Shown here: positions 17,817 through 27,700 of the stretch, one piece after another
Layout of the letters: each line of letters starts with the position of its first letter
Position numbering within the stretch: the stretch's first letter is position 1
Assembly: GCA_031366795.1 (NCBI GenBank)
Contig: JANLOX010000024.1
Location: forward strand, 1-30,192
Source of the DNA: Candidatus Eiseniibacteriota bacterium
GTDB lineage: Bacteria; Eisenbacteria; RBG-16-71-46
Direction: 5' to 3'
DNA: 30,192 bases
The notes under the pieces: generated by a model
Seen by the model: the letters and a program-made list of their open reading frames with translations, nothing else
Told to the model about the DNA's origin: nothing
The model's database searches: none
Translations under genes and position numbers: made by a program

Positions 17817-19012
17817 CAGCGCGCGCGAACACTGCTCCGATCCGCCTCGACCTGCGGCACATCGCGCGCCTGACGTGGCGGCACCGCAGGGAACTGCTCA
17901 TCATCAATGGCATCGTCGCGGCGTTGGCGATCGGCGTCGTGTTCCTGCTGCCGTGCTGGTACGCCTCGAGTGTCACGCTGGTACCCGCCCCCGGCGATGC
18001 CGCGACTCCCGACTTCACCGGCGCGGCGGCGATGCTCGCCTCGCGCTCGCTGAGCCTCGATTCCGGCCCCACCCCCCAGGACGAACTCAAGATGGTGCTG
18101 ACCAGTCGCGCGGTCGCCGATTCGGTGATTCGCCATCTCGACCTGTCGGCGCGCTGGCAAATCGATGGCCTCGACCGCACACGCGAGGAACTGGGAAACC
18201 ACACCAACATCACCACGCCCAAGCAGGGCCAGATCATCATCGAGACCGAGGCGCGCACGAAGGCGCTCGCGCGCGACATGGCGGTCTCCTACACCTACTT
18301 CGCCGCCTCCGAAGGCCGGCGCCTCAAGCAGAGCCTCGCCATGCAGCGCCGCGTCTATCTCGAAGCGCGGCTGACCGAACTGGAGCGCGAGATCGGCACC
18401 GCCTCGGCGCACGTGCAAGAGTTCGAGCAGACGCACCGCATGGTGGCGCTGCCCGAACAGACGCGCGGCACCATGGACGCCGCCGGCATGATTCAATCGC
18501 AAGCCACGATGCTGGAGACCGAGCTCGCCGCGGCGCGGCGCTACTTCACCGACCAGTCGCCCGAAGTCATGGTGCTGCGGGACAGGCTCGACGAGCTCAA
18601 TCGCCAGTTGCGCGATCTCACCAGCCGCGGCGGCACGCTGCTCTTGAAGAGCGATGACCTGCCCGCGCTCAAGCAGCAGTACCTGAAGCTGACGCGCGAA
18701 CAGCAGAGCCTGATGGCGGTGTCCGAACTGCTGCGCCGCGTGTATGAACAGGCGCGCGTCGAAGAAGCCAACCCCGTGCCGATGTTCTCGATTCTCGACG
18801 CGGCCGAATTACCCGAGCGGCGCTCGCGCCCACATCGCGGGCTCACCGTGGCGTTGGCGCTTGCCCTGTCGCTGTCGGCGAGCGTCGGCCTGCTCGCCAC
18901 GCGCGGCTCGCTCGAATTGCTGATGCGCGCGCTGCCGGGGCGCCGCGCGGCACCCGCGCTCGCCGGGGCCGCGGACGCGAACGAGCGGCGCGTGGACCGC
19001 GAGGCCGCGTGA
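17813..19012 (+). CDS. Polysaccharide co-polymerase / chain-length determinant (Wzz/GumC-like, no kinase domain)
   Basis: N-terminal TM, Y.SSVTL, LTSRAVAD.VI..LDL, long coiled coil with SPEV, ILDAAELPERRSRP before C-terminal TM. Confidence 0.85.
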   Translation: MTARANTAPIRLDLRHIARLTWRHRRELLIINGIVAALAIGVVFLLPCWYASSVTLVPAPGDAATPDFTGAAAMLASRSLSLDSGPTPQDELKMVLTSRAVADSVIRHLDLSARWQIDGLDRTREELGNHTNITTPKQGQIIIETEARTKALARDMAVSYTYFAASEGRRLKQSLAMQRRVYLEARLTELEREIGTASAHVQEFEQTHRMVALPEQTRGTMDAAGMIQSQATMLETELAAARRYFTDQSPEVMVLRDRLDELNRQLRDLTSRGGTLLLKSDDLPALKQQYLKLTREQQSLMAVSELLRRVYEQARVEEANPVPMFSILDAAELPERRSRPHRGLTVALALALSLSASVGLLATRGSLELLMRALPGRRAAPALAGAADANERRVDREAA

Positions 19013-20160
19013 TTGACCGGATGCGCAGGGTGCTGGGTACTCCGGGTTCGAAGTCCGGCGTGGTACCGAGTGCAGGCGAAGCCCTCGCGGCGTGGGCGCT
19101 GGGCACAGCCTGGGCGCTGTGCTGCCTGTGGTTGTGGCGCATCGGGCCCGGCGAATTGGTGCCGGTGGCATTGCTCGGCGCGCTGCTCACTTTGTGGGGC
19201 TGGCGCAGCGTGAGCTGGCTGCATTGGTTCCCGCCCGTTGCCATCGTGACATCATTGCTCGACCTCGTCGCACCCATCCCCGCGGAAGCGGCGCCGGGTG
19301 GTCTCGGCTACACCGGCATGATCGTGTTCGCGGCACTGTTGCTCGCCTTCGCCCGCCTGCTCTCGATCGGGCGCCTGCCGATCGCCGGGCGCCCGCGCGA
19401 AGTCGCGGTCACGTTGGTCGGAGCGCTTGGGTTAGGCCTCGCGTTCGTCACCGCGGGCAGTTCGGCGCGCGCGTGCGTGACGGGCCTCGTGGTATTCGGC
19501 GCCGCACTCGGCATGGCGGCGCGCCCCACCGGCGAGCGCCGTGTGTGGGTGGCCTTCCCGCTCACCGCGTTGCTCCTCGGCGTGCATGCCATCATCGCCG
19601 CGCGCCACGGCCTTTCGGGACTGCTCGCGCATTCCCAACTCGCCGACCTCGAATGGGGCGTTCCGCGTGCGCTCGCGCAGTTGCTGTTGCTGACGTTGCC
19701 CGTGACGATCGGTCTTGCCTTCGATGCCGGTCCCACATTGCGGAGTTTCTCGCGCGCCGCCGCGGTCGCAGGCATTGCCGGCCTCACGCTCCATCTGCTC
19801 AGCGAGCCGAGCCTGATGCCCCACATTGAGCTGGCGGCGCTGAAGCCAGCCGACGGCACGCGCTTCGTGGCACTGGGTATCATCCTGTTCCTGGCGCTCG
19901 CGGTGGGTCTCCTCGGCGTGACAGACGGCATCGCGCGGCCCCGCTGGCTCGGCCTTGCCGCCTCGCTGGTCGTGGCGTCGATCGTCCTTGTTTGGGGCCG
20001 GCTGATCGTGACCGGCACCGCGCAGGTGCTGCTGGCGTTCGCCGTGGCGCTGGCCTCGGCCGTGCGCACCGCGGAACGCCGCGCGCGCGTGCTCGGCATG
20101 CCGCCCGAGAAGTGGCCGTTCGCCCCGACCGATGCGCAGGACAACGAGAAGGCCGCGTGA
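19009..20160 (+). CDS. Polytopic membrane protein, apparent degenerate paralogue of the Wzy/O-antigen ligase at 25889
   Basis: Many hydrophobic segments; overlaps both neighbours; LADLEWGVPRALAQLLLLTLPVTIGL resembles LVDLPWGRTNYLAGLLIVAIPVLLGL of the downstream protein. Confidence 0.65.
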   Translation: MIDRMRRVLGTPGSKSGVVPSAGEALAAWALGTAWALCCLWLWRIGPGELVPVALLGALLTLWGWRSVSWLHWFPPVAIVTSLLDLVAPIPAEAAPGGLGYTGMIVFAALLLAFARLLSIGRLPIAGRPREVAVTLVGALGLGLAFVTAGSSARACVTGLVVFGAALGMAARPTGERRVWVAFPLTALLLGVHAIIAARHGLSGLLAHSQLADLEWGVPRALAQLLLLTLPVTIGLAFDAGPTLRSFSRAAAVAGIAGLTLHLLSEPSLMPHIELAALKPADGTRFVALGIILFLALAVGLLGVTDGIARPRWLGLAASLVVASIVLVWGRLIVTGTAQVLLAFAVALASAVRTAERRARVLGMPPEKWPFAPTDAQDNEKAA

Positions 20161-21074
20161 TGCCGCTCGTCTCCATTGTCATCGTCAGCTTCCATTCGCG
20201 CGATGAACTCGCGCCCTGCATCGAGTCCATTGAACGGCACTCGGGCAACGTGTGCACTGAGATCATCGTCGTCGACAACGCCTCAAACGATGGCACGATC
20301 GAGTGGCTCGCGGTACAACATCCGGCGGTACGCGTCCTCGCCAACGCGGACAACGTGGGCTTCACGCGCGGCGTCAACCAGGGTCTCGCCGAGGCCAAGG
20401 GTGACCTGCTGTTCGTGCTAAACCCCGATTGCGAGATCCGTCCCGGCACGCTCGAACTGTTACTCGCCGCACTCACGACGGAGCCGACACTCGCCCTCGC
20501 CGCACCGGCGCTGGCCGACGCGCACGGGCGCATCGCACGCTCGTGCGGACGGTTCCCCTCGATCTGGACGCTGCTCACCGATCACTTCGGGCTGGCGAAT
20601 GCGTTTCCCGGCTCGGTCCTTTTCGGCGGCTACAAGTACGGCGGCCACGACATGAATTCGCTCGGCCTGGTCGGCTGGGCCTCGGGCGCCGCCTTGATGA
20701 TCACGCGCGCCGCTTATGAGCAGCTGGGCGGGCTCGATGAGCGTATATTCATGTACATGGAAGAAGTCGACTGGTGCCGACGCGCTGCGCTGGCCGGTCT
20801 GGGTGTGCGCTACGTTCCGACCGCCACCGTGCTGCATGTCGGCCAGCAGTCCTCGCGACGCGCTCCGCGCCAGAGCTATCTCCACAACCTGCGCTCGCGC
20901 GTCTACTACTTCCGCAAGCACCATGGCCCCGTCGCAGCGCTGGCGGCCAAGTGCATTCTCTACTCGAGCCTCACGCTCAAGTGGCTGGCGAGCAAACTCT
21001 CACCGACACGGCGCGAAGCGGCGGCGATCTATGCCGCCGGATTGCAGGCCGTCTGGATGGCGACATGGCGATGA
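20160..21074 (+). CDS. Glycosyltransferase family 2 (WbbL/rhamnosyltransferase-like subgroup)
   Basis: VSIVIVS, IIVVDNASNDGT, NVGF.RGVNQG, LNPD, SGAALMI, FMYMEEVDWC; ATG at 20160 overlaps upstream TGA. Confidence 0.92.
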   Translation: MPLVSIVIVSFHSRDELAPCIESIERHSGNVCTEIIVVDNASNDGTIEWLAVQHPAVRVLANADNVGFTRGVNQGLAEAKGDLLFVLNPDCEIRPGTLELLLAALTTEPTLALAAPALADAHGRIARSCGRFPSIWTLLTDHFGLANAFPGSVLFGGYKYGGHDMNSLGLVGWASGAALMITRAAYEQLGGLDERIFMYMEEVDWCRRAALAGLGVRYVPTATVLHVGQQSSRRAPRQSYLHNLRSRVYYFRKHHGPVAALAAKCILYSSLTLKWLASKLSPTRREAAAIYAAGLQAVWMATWR

Positions 21075-22177
21075 TCACGCCGCGCACGAATCGTTTCGCG
21101 ACGTTGCGTCCCCTGGCTGCATCGCTGGCCTTCGGCGTTGTGGCGCTGGCGTTCGGCACGTTCACCCTGTGCCTTCCGGCGAGCGCGGCGAATGCGCCGA
21201 AATCCGCCAAGGCGGCCATGACGCGCGCTGCGTATATATATGACTACATGCCCGCGGCGCATGTCGACGAACTGGCGCAGGCAGGCTTCAACCGGTTACT
21301 CGTGCACTGGATCGCCGACTCGCTGGATTCTGCCGGCGCCGCATCGTTCAAGGGCATGTCGGACCACGCCGAGGCTCGCGGCATCGACATCGTGCCCGAG
21401 TGGCTGTTGCAGCAGAAGACGCGGCTCGCCCCGCGCCCGATTACCCGACGCTACACATGGGGACACGGCGTCGTCGAGCCCACCGTCGCTTGCCCGCTCG
21501 ACTCCGCCTACTGGCGGAGCGCCCTGCTCGACCGCGCCGAAGAATGGCTCGCCGCGGACCCGCGCATTCGCCATCTCGCCGTCGATCTCGAATTGCTGGG
21601 GGCAGGTCGCCACCATTACGACGGCGGCCCGTGCAGCTGCAGCGCCTGCATCGCCGAGTACGCGCATGGCCGCGCGGACATCATGGCACGTGATCCCGCG
21701 CAATTGACGGGGCTGCTGCCCTACGAAGAAGCCCGCGTCGCCGCGATCCTCCGTGGATTGCTCACGGAATTCGCCGCACGCCATCCCGGCGTCGAACTCA
21801 GCGTGCTGGATCTCGATTTTGCTTCGTTCGTGCATCGTGCCCTCGGTCGCGCACTCGCGCGACGCAGCGTCGCCTCGATGGACTACACGGAGTCTTCGTA
21901 CAGCACGGGTGCCGCGGCACTCGATTCCGCGCGCACGCGGCTGGGCCGTCTGGGACTGCGCGCCACACCGCTCGTCGCCGGCTTGTGGCTCAAGCGGTGG
22001 AAGCCAGACCAGCTCGAGCAAGCGATGCACATGGTGAATGCGCAGGGCGATGGCTATTTTGTGTTCACGACCTACAGCCTGTGGCAATCGCCGGCACGGC
22101 TGACGGGTCCTTACACTCTGCAGGGCGCCCCCGGCGAATACTGGCGCGCCCTTCGCGAGGCGAACACCACTCCATGA
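21071..22177 (+). CDS. Secreted hypothetical protein, probable glycoside hydrolase-like TIM barrel
   Basis: Signal peptide (...LPASA); LAQAGFN, CPLDSAYW, AVDLE, CSCSAC pattern reminiscent of GH42-like N-terminal barrels; ATGA overlaps on both sides. Confidence 0.6.
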   Translation: MITPRTNRFATLRPLAASLAFGVVALAFGTFTLCLPASAANAPKSAKAAMTRAAYIYDYMPAAHVDELAQAGFNRLLVHWIADSLDSAGAASFKGMSDHAEARGIDIVPEWLLQQKTRLAPRPITRRYTWGHGVVEPTVACPLDSAYWRSALLDRAEEWLAADPRIRHLAVDLELLGAGRHHYDGGPCSCSACIAEYAHGRADIMARDPAQLTGLLPYEEARVAAILRGLLTEFAARHPGVELSVLDLDFASFVHRALGRALARRSVASMDYTESSYSTGAAALDSARTRLGRLGLRATPLVAGLWLKRWKPDQLEQAMHMVNAQGDGYFVFTTYSLWQSPARLTGPYTLQGAPGEYWRALREANTTP

Positions 22178-23397
22178 CCAACGCCTCCCGCAACGCCTCC
22201 GCACTGCGTCTCGAACGCCGCAGAAGCAGCCAACCGCCCATCCGCATGCTGCACATCATCACGCGCATGATCCGCGGCGGCGCCGATGAAAACACGCTGG
22301 CCACTGTGAAGGGGCTCGACAAGCGCCGCTACCACGTGGATCTCGTGGTAGGCGAGGGTTCGGAGCTGGACCTGCTCGACGGGCTCGAGAACGTGACCGT
22401 CCACGTCATGCCGCAGCTCGTGCGCGACCCGAACCCCATCAAGGACGTGAAGGCGCTGTTCAAGCTTGCGCGCTTGATCCGCACCAACCGCTACCAGGTC
22501 GTGCACACGCACACCGCCAAGGGCGGATTCCTCGGCCGCATCGCCAGCGCCATTGCCGGCACGCAAATCATCATTCACACCGTGCACGGCGTGACCTTTC
22601 ACGAACACCTCTCGCCGCTGCGGCGCGCGTTCTACGTCATGCTCGAACGCATCGCGGCGCGCTTCACGCACCAGTTCGTGGCGGTTGGTGAAGACGTGAT
22701 GAACATCTACGTGAAGTCCGGCATCGGCGAAGCCGCCGCTTACGAGACCATCTATTCGGGTATGCCGCTCGACGATTACTTCGAAGCGGGTCGCATGCCC
22801 GCGGAAGAACGCGAAGCGCTGCGCGCCGAGCTCGAACTCGAGCCCCAACACCAGGCCGTGACGATGGTGGCGCGGCTCGAGGCGCGCAAGGGCCACAGCT
22901 ACCTGTTCGAGTCGGTGAAGCGTGTGCGGGAGCACCATCCCGAACTGCGCGTGTTGCTCGTTGGCGATGGCGCCCTGCGTGAGACGCTCGAGCAACAGGT
23001 ACGCGACATGGGGTTGTCGGATGTCGTGCGGTTCCTCGGGCACCGCAATGACGTGCCGCGACTGCTGGCCGCATCGGATATTTCGGTGCTCACCTCACTG
23101 TGGGAAGGCCTGCCGCGCGTGCTGGTGCAGGCGGCGGCCACAGGCAAACCGATCGTCACCTTCGATGTGGAAGGCGCGTGGGAAGTCGTGCGAGACGGCC
23201 GCAACGGCTTCATCGTGCAATCGCGCGACGTCGATTCCTTCAGCCAGCGGCTGGAGACACTGCTCGCCGACCGCGACAACGCCCGCCGTCTCGGGCAGGC
23301 CGGGCGCGAGCAGATCGGCGCCCAATGGACCATCGAAACCATGCTGGACCGGCTGGATCGGTTGTACCAGCGGCTGGCCTCAAGGTCGGCCGCCTAA
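22174..23397 (+). CDS. Glycosyltransferase family 4
   Basis: HIITRMIRGGA, VHTHTAKGG, ARLEARKG, SLWEGLPRVLVQA; start at ATG 22174 overlapping upstream stop. Confidence 0.92.
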   Translation: MTNASRNASALRLERRRSSQPPIRMLHIITRMIRGGADENTLATVKGLDKRRYHVDLVVGEGSELDLLDGLENVTVHVMPQLVRDPNPIKDVKALFKLARLIRTNRYQVVHTHTAKGGFLGRIASAIAGTQIIIHTVHGVTFHEHLSPLRRAFYVMLERIAARFTHQFVAVGEDVMNIYVKSGIGEAAAYETIYSGMPLDDYFEAGRMPAEEREALRAELELEPQHQAVTMVARLEARKGHSYLFESVKRVREHHPELRVLLVGDGALRETLEQQVRDMGLSDVVRFLGHRNDVPRLLAASDISVLTSLWEGLPRVLVQAAATGKPIVTFDVEGAWEVVRDGRNGFIVQSRDVDSFSQRLETLLADRDNARRLGQAGREQIGAQWTIETMLDRLDRLYQRLASRSAA

Positions 23398-23520
23398 GGG
23401 TCGATACCTCATTGTGATGCACCGTGTTCGCGGCGTTCTGCCCCTGTCGGGCGGAGCGGCTGCGCCGGGCAAACCAATGCGCATTCTGGCCGAGACCCCA
23501 CAACGACCGGCGGTTCACTC

Positions 23521-24690
23521 TTGGGCGGCTGTCTTCTCTACTTCGCGGTTGCGACGATTGCGACGCTGAGCGCGACGGAACTCGTGCGCGTCATCGCGTT
23601 ACGTTTGGGCGCCCTCGACCGTCCCGGTGGCCGGCGTATTCACCGCCGTCCCACGGCCAGGCTCGGTGGCCTCGGAATCTTCTGGGGCTTCGCCGTCGCA
23701 CTACTGCTCGCCGTGTACACGAACTCCAGCGCGCACGCCGCACTCGATTCTTCGGGCGTCGGTGCCATCGGCCTACTGGCCGGCGCCGGGCTGATGTTGA
23801 TCACCGGACTGCTCGATGACGTGCGCGGCATGGGAGCGCCGACGAAGCTATTCATCCAGATCGCCGCCGCGACGCTCGTCTATTTGGGCGGCTGGCGGCT
23901 CGAGTACATCGGCATACCGGGTGTCGGCGCCTGGGCGTTGGGAGAGTTCAGCCTGCCGCTCACCGTGGGCTGGATCGTGTTCGCCACCAATGCCATCAAC
24001 TTGATCGATGGCCTCGATGGACTGGCGTCCGGCCTAGCGCTGATCGCCGCCATCGCGGTGTTCGCATTGGTCGGTCCCGACGCCGGCTCGGGAGTCATCG
24101 CCATGGCGCTCGCGGGCGCGCTGCTCGGCTTCCTGTGGTTCAACCTGAGCCCCGCGCTGATCTTCATGGGCGACGCCGGCAGCCTGTTCGTGGGCTTTGC
24201 GATCGCCACGCTGACGCTGCGCTGCGCCGTTCGCATGGGCGCCGAAGCCTTCCCGGTGCTACCCATGCTGATCCTCGCCGTGCCGCTCGCCGATACGACG
24301 AGCGCCATCGTACGCCGCGTGAGTGCCGCGGCGCGCACCTCGCGCTCGGCGGGCGAGTTGTTCCACGAGGCCCGCCGCCGCATCTTCACCGCCGACCGTG
24401 GTCACCTGCATCACCGGCTGCTCGATGCCGGATTGCCCGCACGCACCGCGGTTGCGGTGTTGCACGGCACGGCGATTCCCTTCGCAGTGGCAGCGTGGCT
24501 GATCCAGCGCGAACCCATCGCCGGCGCCGCCGTCGCGGTTGCCACGGCGGTCGCGGCCAATTGGACCTGGCGCATGATCGAGGCGCGCGCACTGAACCTC
24601 GCGAACGACAGCGTGAGCCTGCCTGCCGAAGTCGCGCACGAACCCGAGGTTGTGACGCCCGCGACGTGGGCGGAGCGGGACGCCGCGTGA
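23521..24690 (+). CDS. wecA: Undecaprenyl-phosphate GlcNAc-1-phosphate transferase (WecA/TagO, MraY superfamily)
   Basis: [47 protein letters not shown] motifs; TTG start uncertain. Confidence 0.88.
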   Translation: MGGCLLYFAVATIATLSATELVRVIALRLGALDRPGGRRIHRRPTARLGGLGIFWGFAVALLLAVYTNSSAHAALDSSGVGAIGLLAGAGLMLITGLLDDVRGMGAPTKLFIQIAAATLVYLGGWRLEYIGIPGVGAWALGEFSLPLTVGWIVFATNAINLIDGLDGLASGLALIAAIAVFALVGPDAGSGVIAMALAGALLGFLWFNLSPALIFMGDAGSLFVGFAIATLTLRCAVRMGAEAFPVLPMLILAVPLADTTSAIVRRVSAAARTSRSAGELFHEARRRIFTADRGHLHHRLLDAGLPARTAVAVLHGTAIPFAVAAWLIQREPIAGAAVAVATAVAANWTWRMIEARALNLANDSVSLPAEVAHEPEVVTPATWAERDAA

Positions 24691-25892
24691 GCCGCAAGCG
24701 CCGGTCCGAGCCCAAGCGCGCCCGCTCACGGCAGCGCCTGCTTTACGTCATCAACGACCTGACCGTCGGCGGGGCACAGCGCGCCTTGCTCAGCCAGGCC
24801 GCGGGGCTCGACCGCGATCGCTACGATGTTCATGTCGCGAGTCTCGAGCTATTGCCGGAAGGTTCGCTCACTCCTGAATTCGAAGCGGCGGGCATCACCG
24901 TGCACACGCTGGCCAAAGCCGGTGAGCCATTCGGCATGGGACCGCTGCGTTTGCGTGCGCGCATTGCGGCCCTCCAGCCCGACATCGTGCACACGCATCT
25001 CGCGGCGGCCGGCATCGTGGGACGCATCGCGGCCCGCAGCTGCGGCGTGAACCATATCGTCAGTACGTTGCACAACGTGTCGGATTGGACGGAACGCCGC
25101 GCGCATCCGCTGCGCGCGCTCGACCGCGCCACACTCAAGCTCGCGGATCGCATCTGCGCGGTGAGCGACGCCGTGGGTCATGCCGTCGCCAACGTGGCGC
25201 CGCACTTGAGCGCGCGGACGTTGACGGTGCGCAACGGCGTCTCGCTCGAGGAATTCCGCGTCAGCGGGCAGGAACGCGAGAACGCCCGGGCGCGCATGGG
25301 ATTCGCGCCGGCCGACTTCGTGATCGCCACCGTGGCGCGGCTCGAGCCCTACAAGGGCATCGAGACACTGCTGCGCGCCGCCGCGGCCGCCGCGACCAAG
25401 GCGCCCATGCTGCAATTATTGGTCGTCGGCGACGGATCCGACCGGCCGCGCCTCGAGTGCCTCGCCGAGTCGCTCGGCATCGCCGCATGGACCACCTTCA
25501 CCGGCACGCGCGAGGACGTACCGCGCATGTTGGCATCGGCGGATATTTTCGCGATGCCCTCGCATTCAGAAGGCCTGGGGGTCGCCGCCATTGAAGCGCT
25601 CGCCGCGGGATTACCGGTGCTCGCTTCGCGCGTCGGCGGCCTGCCCGAGATCATCGAGGACACCGTCTGCGGCCGGCTGCTGCGCGATAATAAAGTCGAG
25701 GATTGGATCGACGCGCTCACCGCGGCTGCGCACCGTCCGCCATCATTGCAACGCTGGCGCGATGCCGCCACAAAGCGCGCGGCTGAGTTCTCCATCGAGT
25801 CCAGCGTCGCGGATCTCGAGCGGCTCTACGATTCGCTGTCAACGCCCGAGCCGCCGGCCAAGACGACTCCGGCTCGTCAGGAGGCCGCGTGA
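24687..25892 (+). CDS. Glycosyltransferase family 4
   Basis: [36 protein letters not shown] (EX7E); GTG at 24687 overlaps upstream TGA. Confidence 0.92.
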   Translation: MSRKRRSEPKRARSRQRLLYVINDLTVGGAQRALLSQAAGLDRDRYDVHVASLELLPEGSLTPEFEAAGITVHTLAKAGEPFGMGPLRLRARIAALQPDIVHTHLAAAGIVGRIAARSCGVNHIVSTLHNVSDWTERRAHPLRALDRATLKLADRICAVSDAVGHAVANVAPHLSARTLTVRNGVSLEEFRVSGQERENARARMGFAPADFVIATVARLEPYKGIETLLRAAAAAATKAPMLQLLVVGDGSDRPRLECLAESLGIAAWTTFTGTREDVPRMLASADIFAMPSHSEGLGVAAIEALAAGLPVLASRVGGLPEIIEDTVCGRLLRDNKVEDWIDALTAAAHRPPSLQRWRDAATKRAAEFSIESSVADLERLYDSLSTPEPPAKTTPARQEAA

Positions 25893-27313
25893 TGCCCGCC
25901 GCGTCCGCGGCGCCGGAGCGCGGCACACTCGTCACCGCACTTCCGCTGCTGCTGCTCGCCACACTCGCGATCACCGGTGGCGCCGCGGCGGCGAACCTCG
26001 CCGGGCAACCGAAGTTGCTGGCCCTGGCGCTTGCGCTGACCCTGAGTGTCGTCACGCTGGTGATGGTCGCGCGGCGCATGGGAATCGCGGTGATGTGGGT
26101 GGGCTTGGCGCTCGTGTCGATCATGGCGGGTGAGATGTCGAGCGTGAGTCTCGGCGGCCAGAACGGGCACCTGTTGTACGCCGACCTCGTCATCGGCGTC
26201 GGCGCCGTCATCGCGTGCGCCCGTAACGGCCTCACGATTGAAGTCCCACGAGCTCCCCTGCTGGACAGGCTGTGGCCGCTGCTCGGCTGGTGCGCGCTGA
26301 CCCTGATCGTCGCCGGCGATCCGCTGACCGCCGTCGCCGAACTCAAGGAATGGATGGTCGCCGGGGTGCTCGGCATCGGCGCAGTGATCGCCGCCAACGA
26401 TGCGCGCCGCGCGCGCCTGCTGCTCGCCGCCGTCGCGATCACCGGCGTGATGATCGCGGCCGGCATGATCGGCGTGGCACTCACCTCGCCGATGGGCGCA
26501 CCGCTCGCCATCATGCGCAAACTCGTCGACCTGCCGTGGGGCCGCACGAACTATCTCGCGGGCCTGTTGATCGTCGCCATCCCCGTCTTGCTCGGCTTGA
26601 TGGGCGATGCCGCCTCGTGGCGCGGACGCGCCGTGTGCGCGCTCGGGCTCGTCATCACCATGGCTGGCCTCGCGGTGTCCGCTTCCAAGGGTGCCATCGT
26701 GGCGCTCGCCGTTGGCGTCCTGCTGACCTTCGGCCTGTCACGCCGCCAGACCCTCGCGCCGCGGCTCATCGTGCTCGTAGTGTTCGGCTTGGCCACCGCA
26801 ATGTTCGTCGCGGGACCGCTGCACCAAGTGATCGAGATGCGCCTGCAGACCTCGGCGCTCGACTATTCCGCCGGCGAACGCATGGATCTTTACAGCCTCG
26901 CCTGGCAACAGTTTATCACGCACCCCGTGCTGGGTATCGGCCTTAACGACTTCTCGGTGGTGTCGCATCGCCTCCACGGCCTCGACACCGTGCCGCACAA
27001 CCTCGAATTCGGCTTCCTCGCCGAACTCGGGCTCCCCGGCCTGTTGTTGGTACTCGCATGGGTGTGGGCCATGGGCGACGGCGCCCGCCGCGCCCTGCGC
27101 GCCGCCGTGACGCCGCGCGAGCGCTCACTGGCGCTCGGAATGCTGGCAGCGTTCATCGCGTTCGCGGTGCACAACCAGGTGGAGTCGACGCTGTATGGGC
27201 AGCAGTACAAGATGCTGCTGGTCGTGCAGGCGGCCGCGGCATGGTCGATCGCGGGGGCTTGGGAGATGAGGAACGCGGGGGCGATGGGCAGCAGCGCGGC
27301 AATCGCCGACTAA
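25889..27313 (+). CDS. O-antigen ligase / Wzy polymerase family protein
   Basis: Polytopic; SASKGA, SAGERMDLY..AW..F..HPVLGIGL, PHNLEFGFLAELGLPG Wzy_C motifs. Confidence 0.88.
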   Translation: MMPAASAAPERGTLVTALPLLLLATLAITGGAAAANLAGQPKLLALALALTLSVVTLVMVARRMGIAVMWVGLALVSIMAGEMSSVSLGGQNGHLLYADLVIGVGAVIACARNGLTIEVPRAPLLDRLWPLLGWCALTLIVAGDPLTAVAELKEWMVAGVLGIGAVIAANDARRARLLLAAVAITGVMIAAGMIGVALTSPMGAPLAIMRKLVDLPWGRTNYLAGLLIVAIPVLLGLMGDAASWRGRAVCALGLVITMAGLAVSASKGAIVALAVGVLLTFGLSRRQTLAPRLIVLVVFGLATAMFVAGPLHQVIEMRLQTSALDYSAGERMDLYSLAWQQFITHPVLGIGLNDFSVVSHRLHGLDTVPHNLEFGFLAELGLPGLLLVLAWVWAMGDGARRALRAAVTPRERSLALGMLAAFIAFAVHNQVESTLYGQQYKMLLVVQAAAAWSIAGAWEMRNAGAMGSSAAIAD

Positions 27314-27700
27314 GTCTCAAAAGGCCAACGCGAATCGGTGAGCGCAACACGAGCCGCTGACGGCGTCAAGTCATTGCATTCCTGAAGTTCTCCCCTCCCC
27401 CAGCGTGCACCCTGCACGCCCTTTCGCATTTTGGGCGGCCCGTGCGGCCCTTCTCACGCGAGTAACGCGGGCTCCGCGTGCGCGGCCTCTATCATCAACG
27501 TTGCCGGCACATGGGGCACCCCAACCCGCCTTTCGTCCACGCCCCAGACGCGGCACGACATGAGCGCTCCCTTTCCAACCGGGAGCGAACGCCCAAGCAG
27601 GCCCACGGCGTAGCGACGAATCCCTCGATTCGCGCGAGCCCGCGGCCCATCCCTGACGCTTCGTGCACCGGCTCGCTGGACCTGCGTTTTCGCGCTGCTG

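Noticed and set aside
23395..23523. GT4 and WecA are in the same frame, separated by one TAA and 41 sense codons (possible readthrough fusion)
   Set aside because: The linker does not look protein-like, open frames are common at this GC content, and both proteins are complete on their own.
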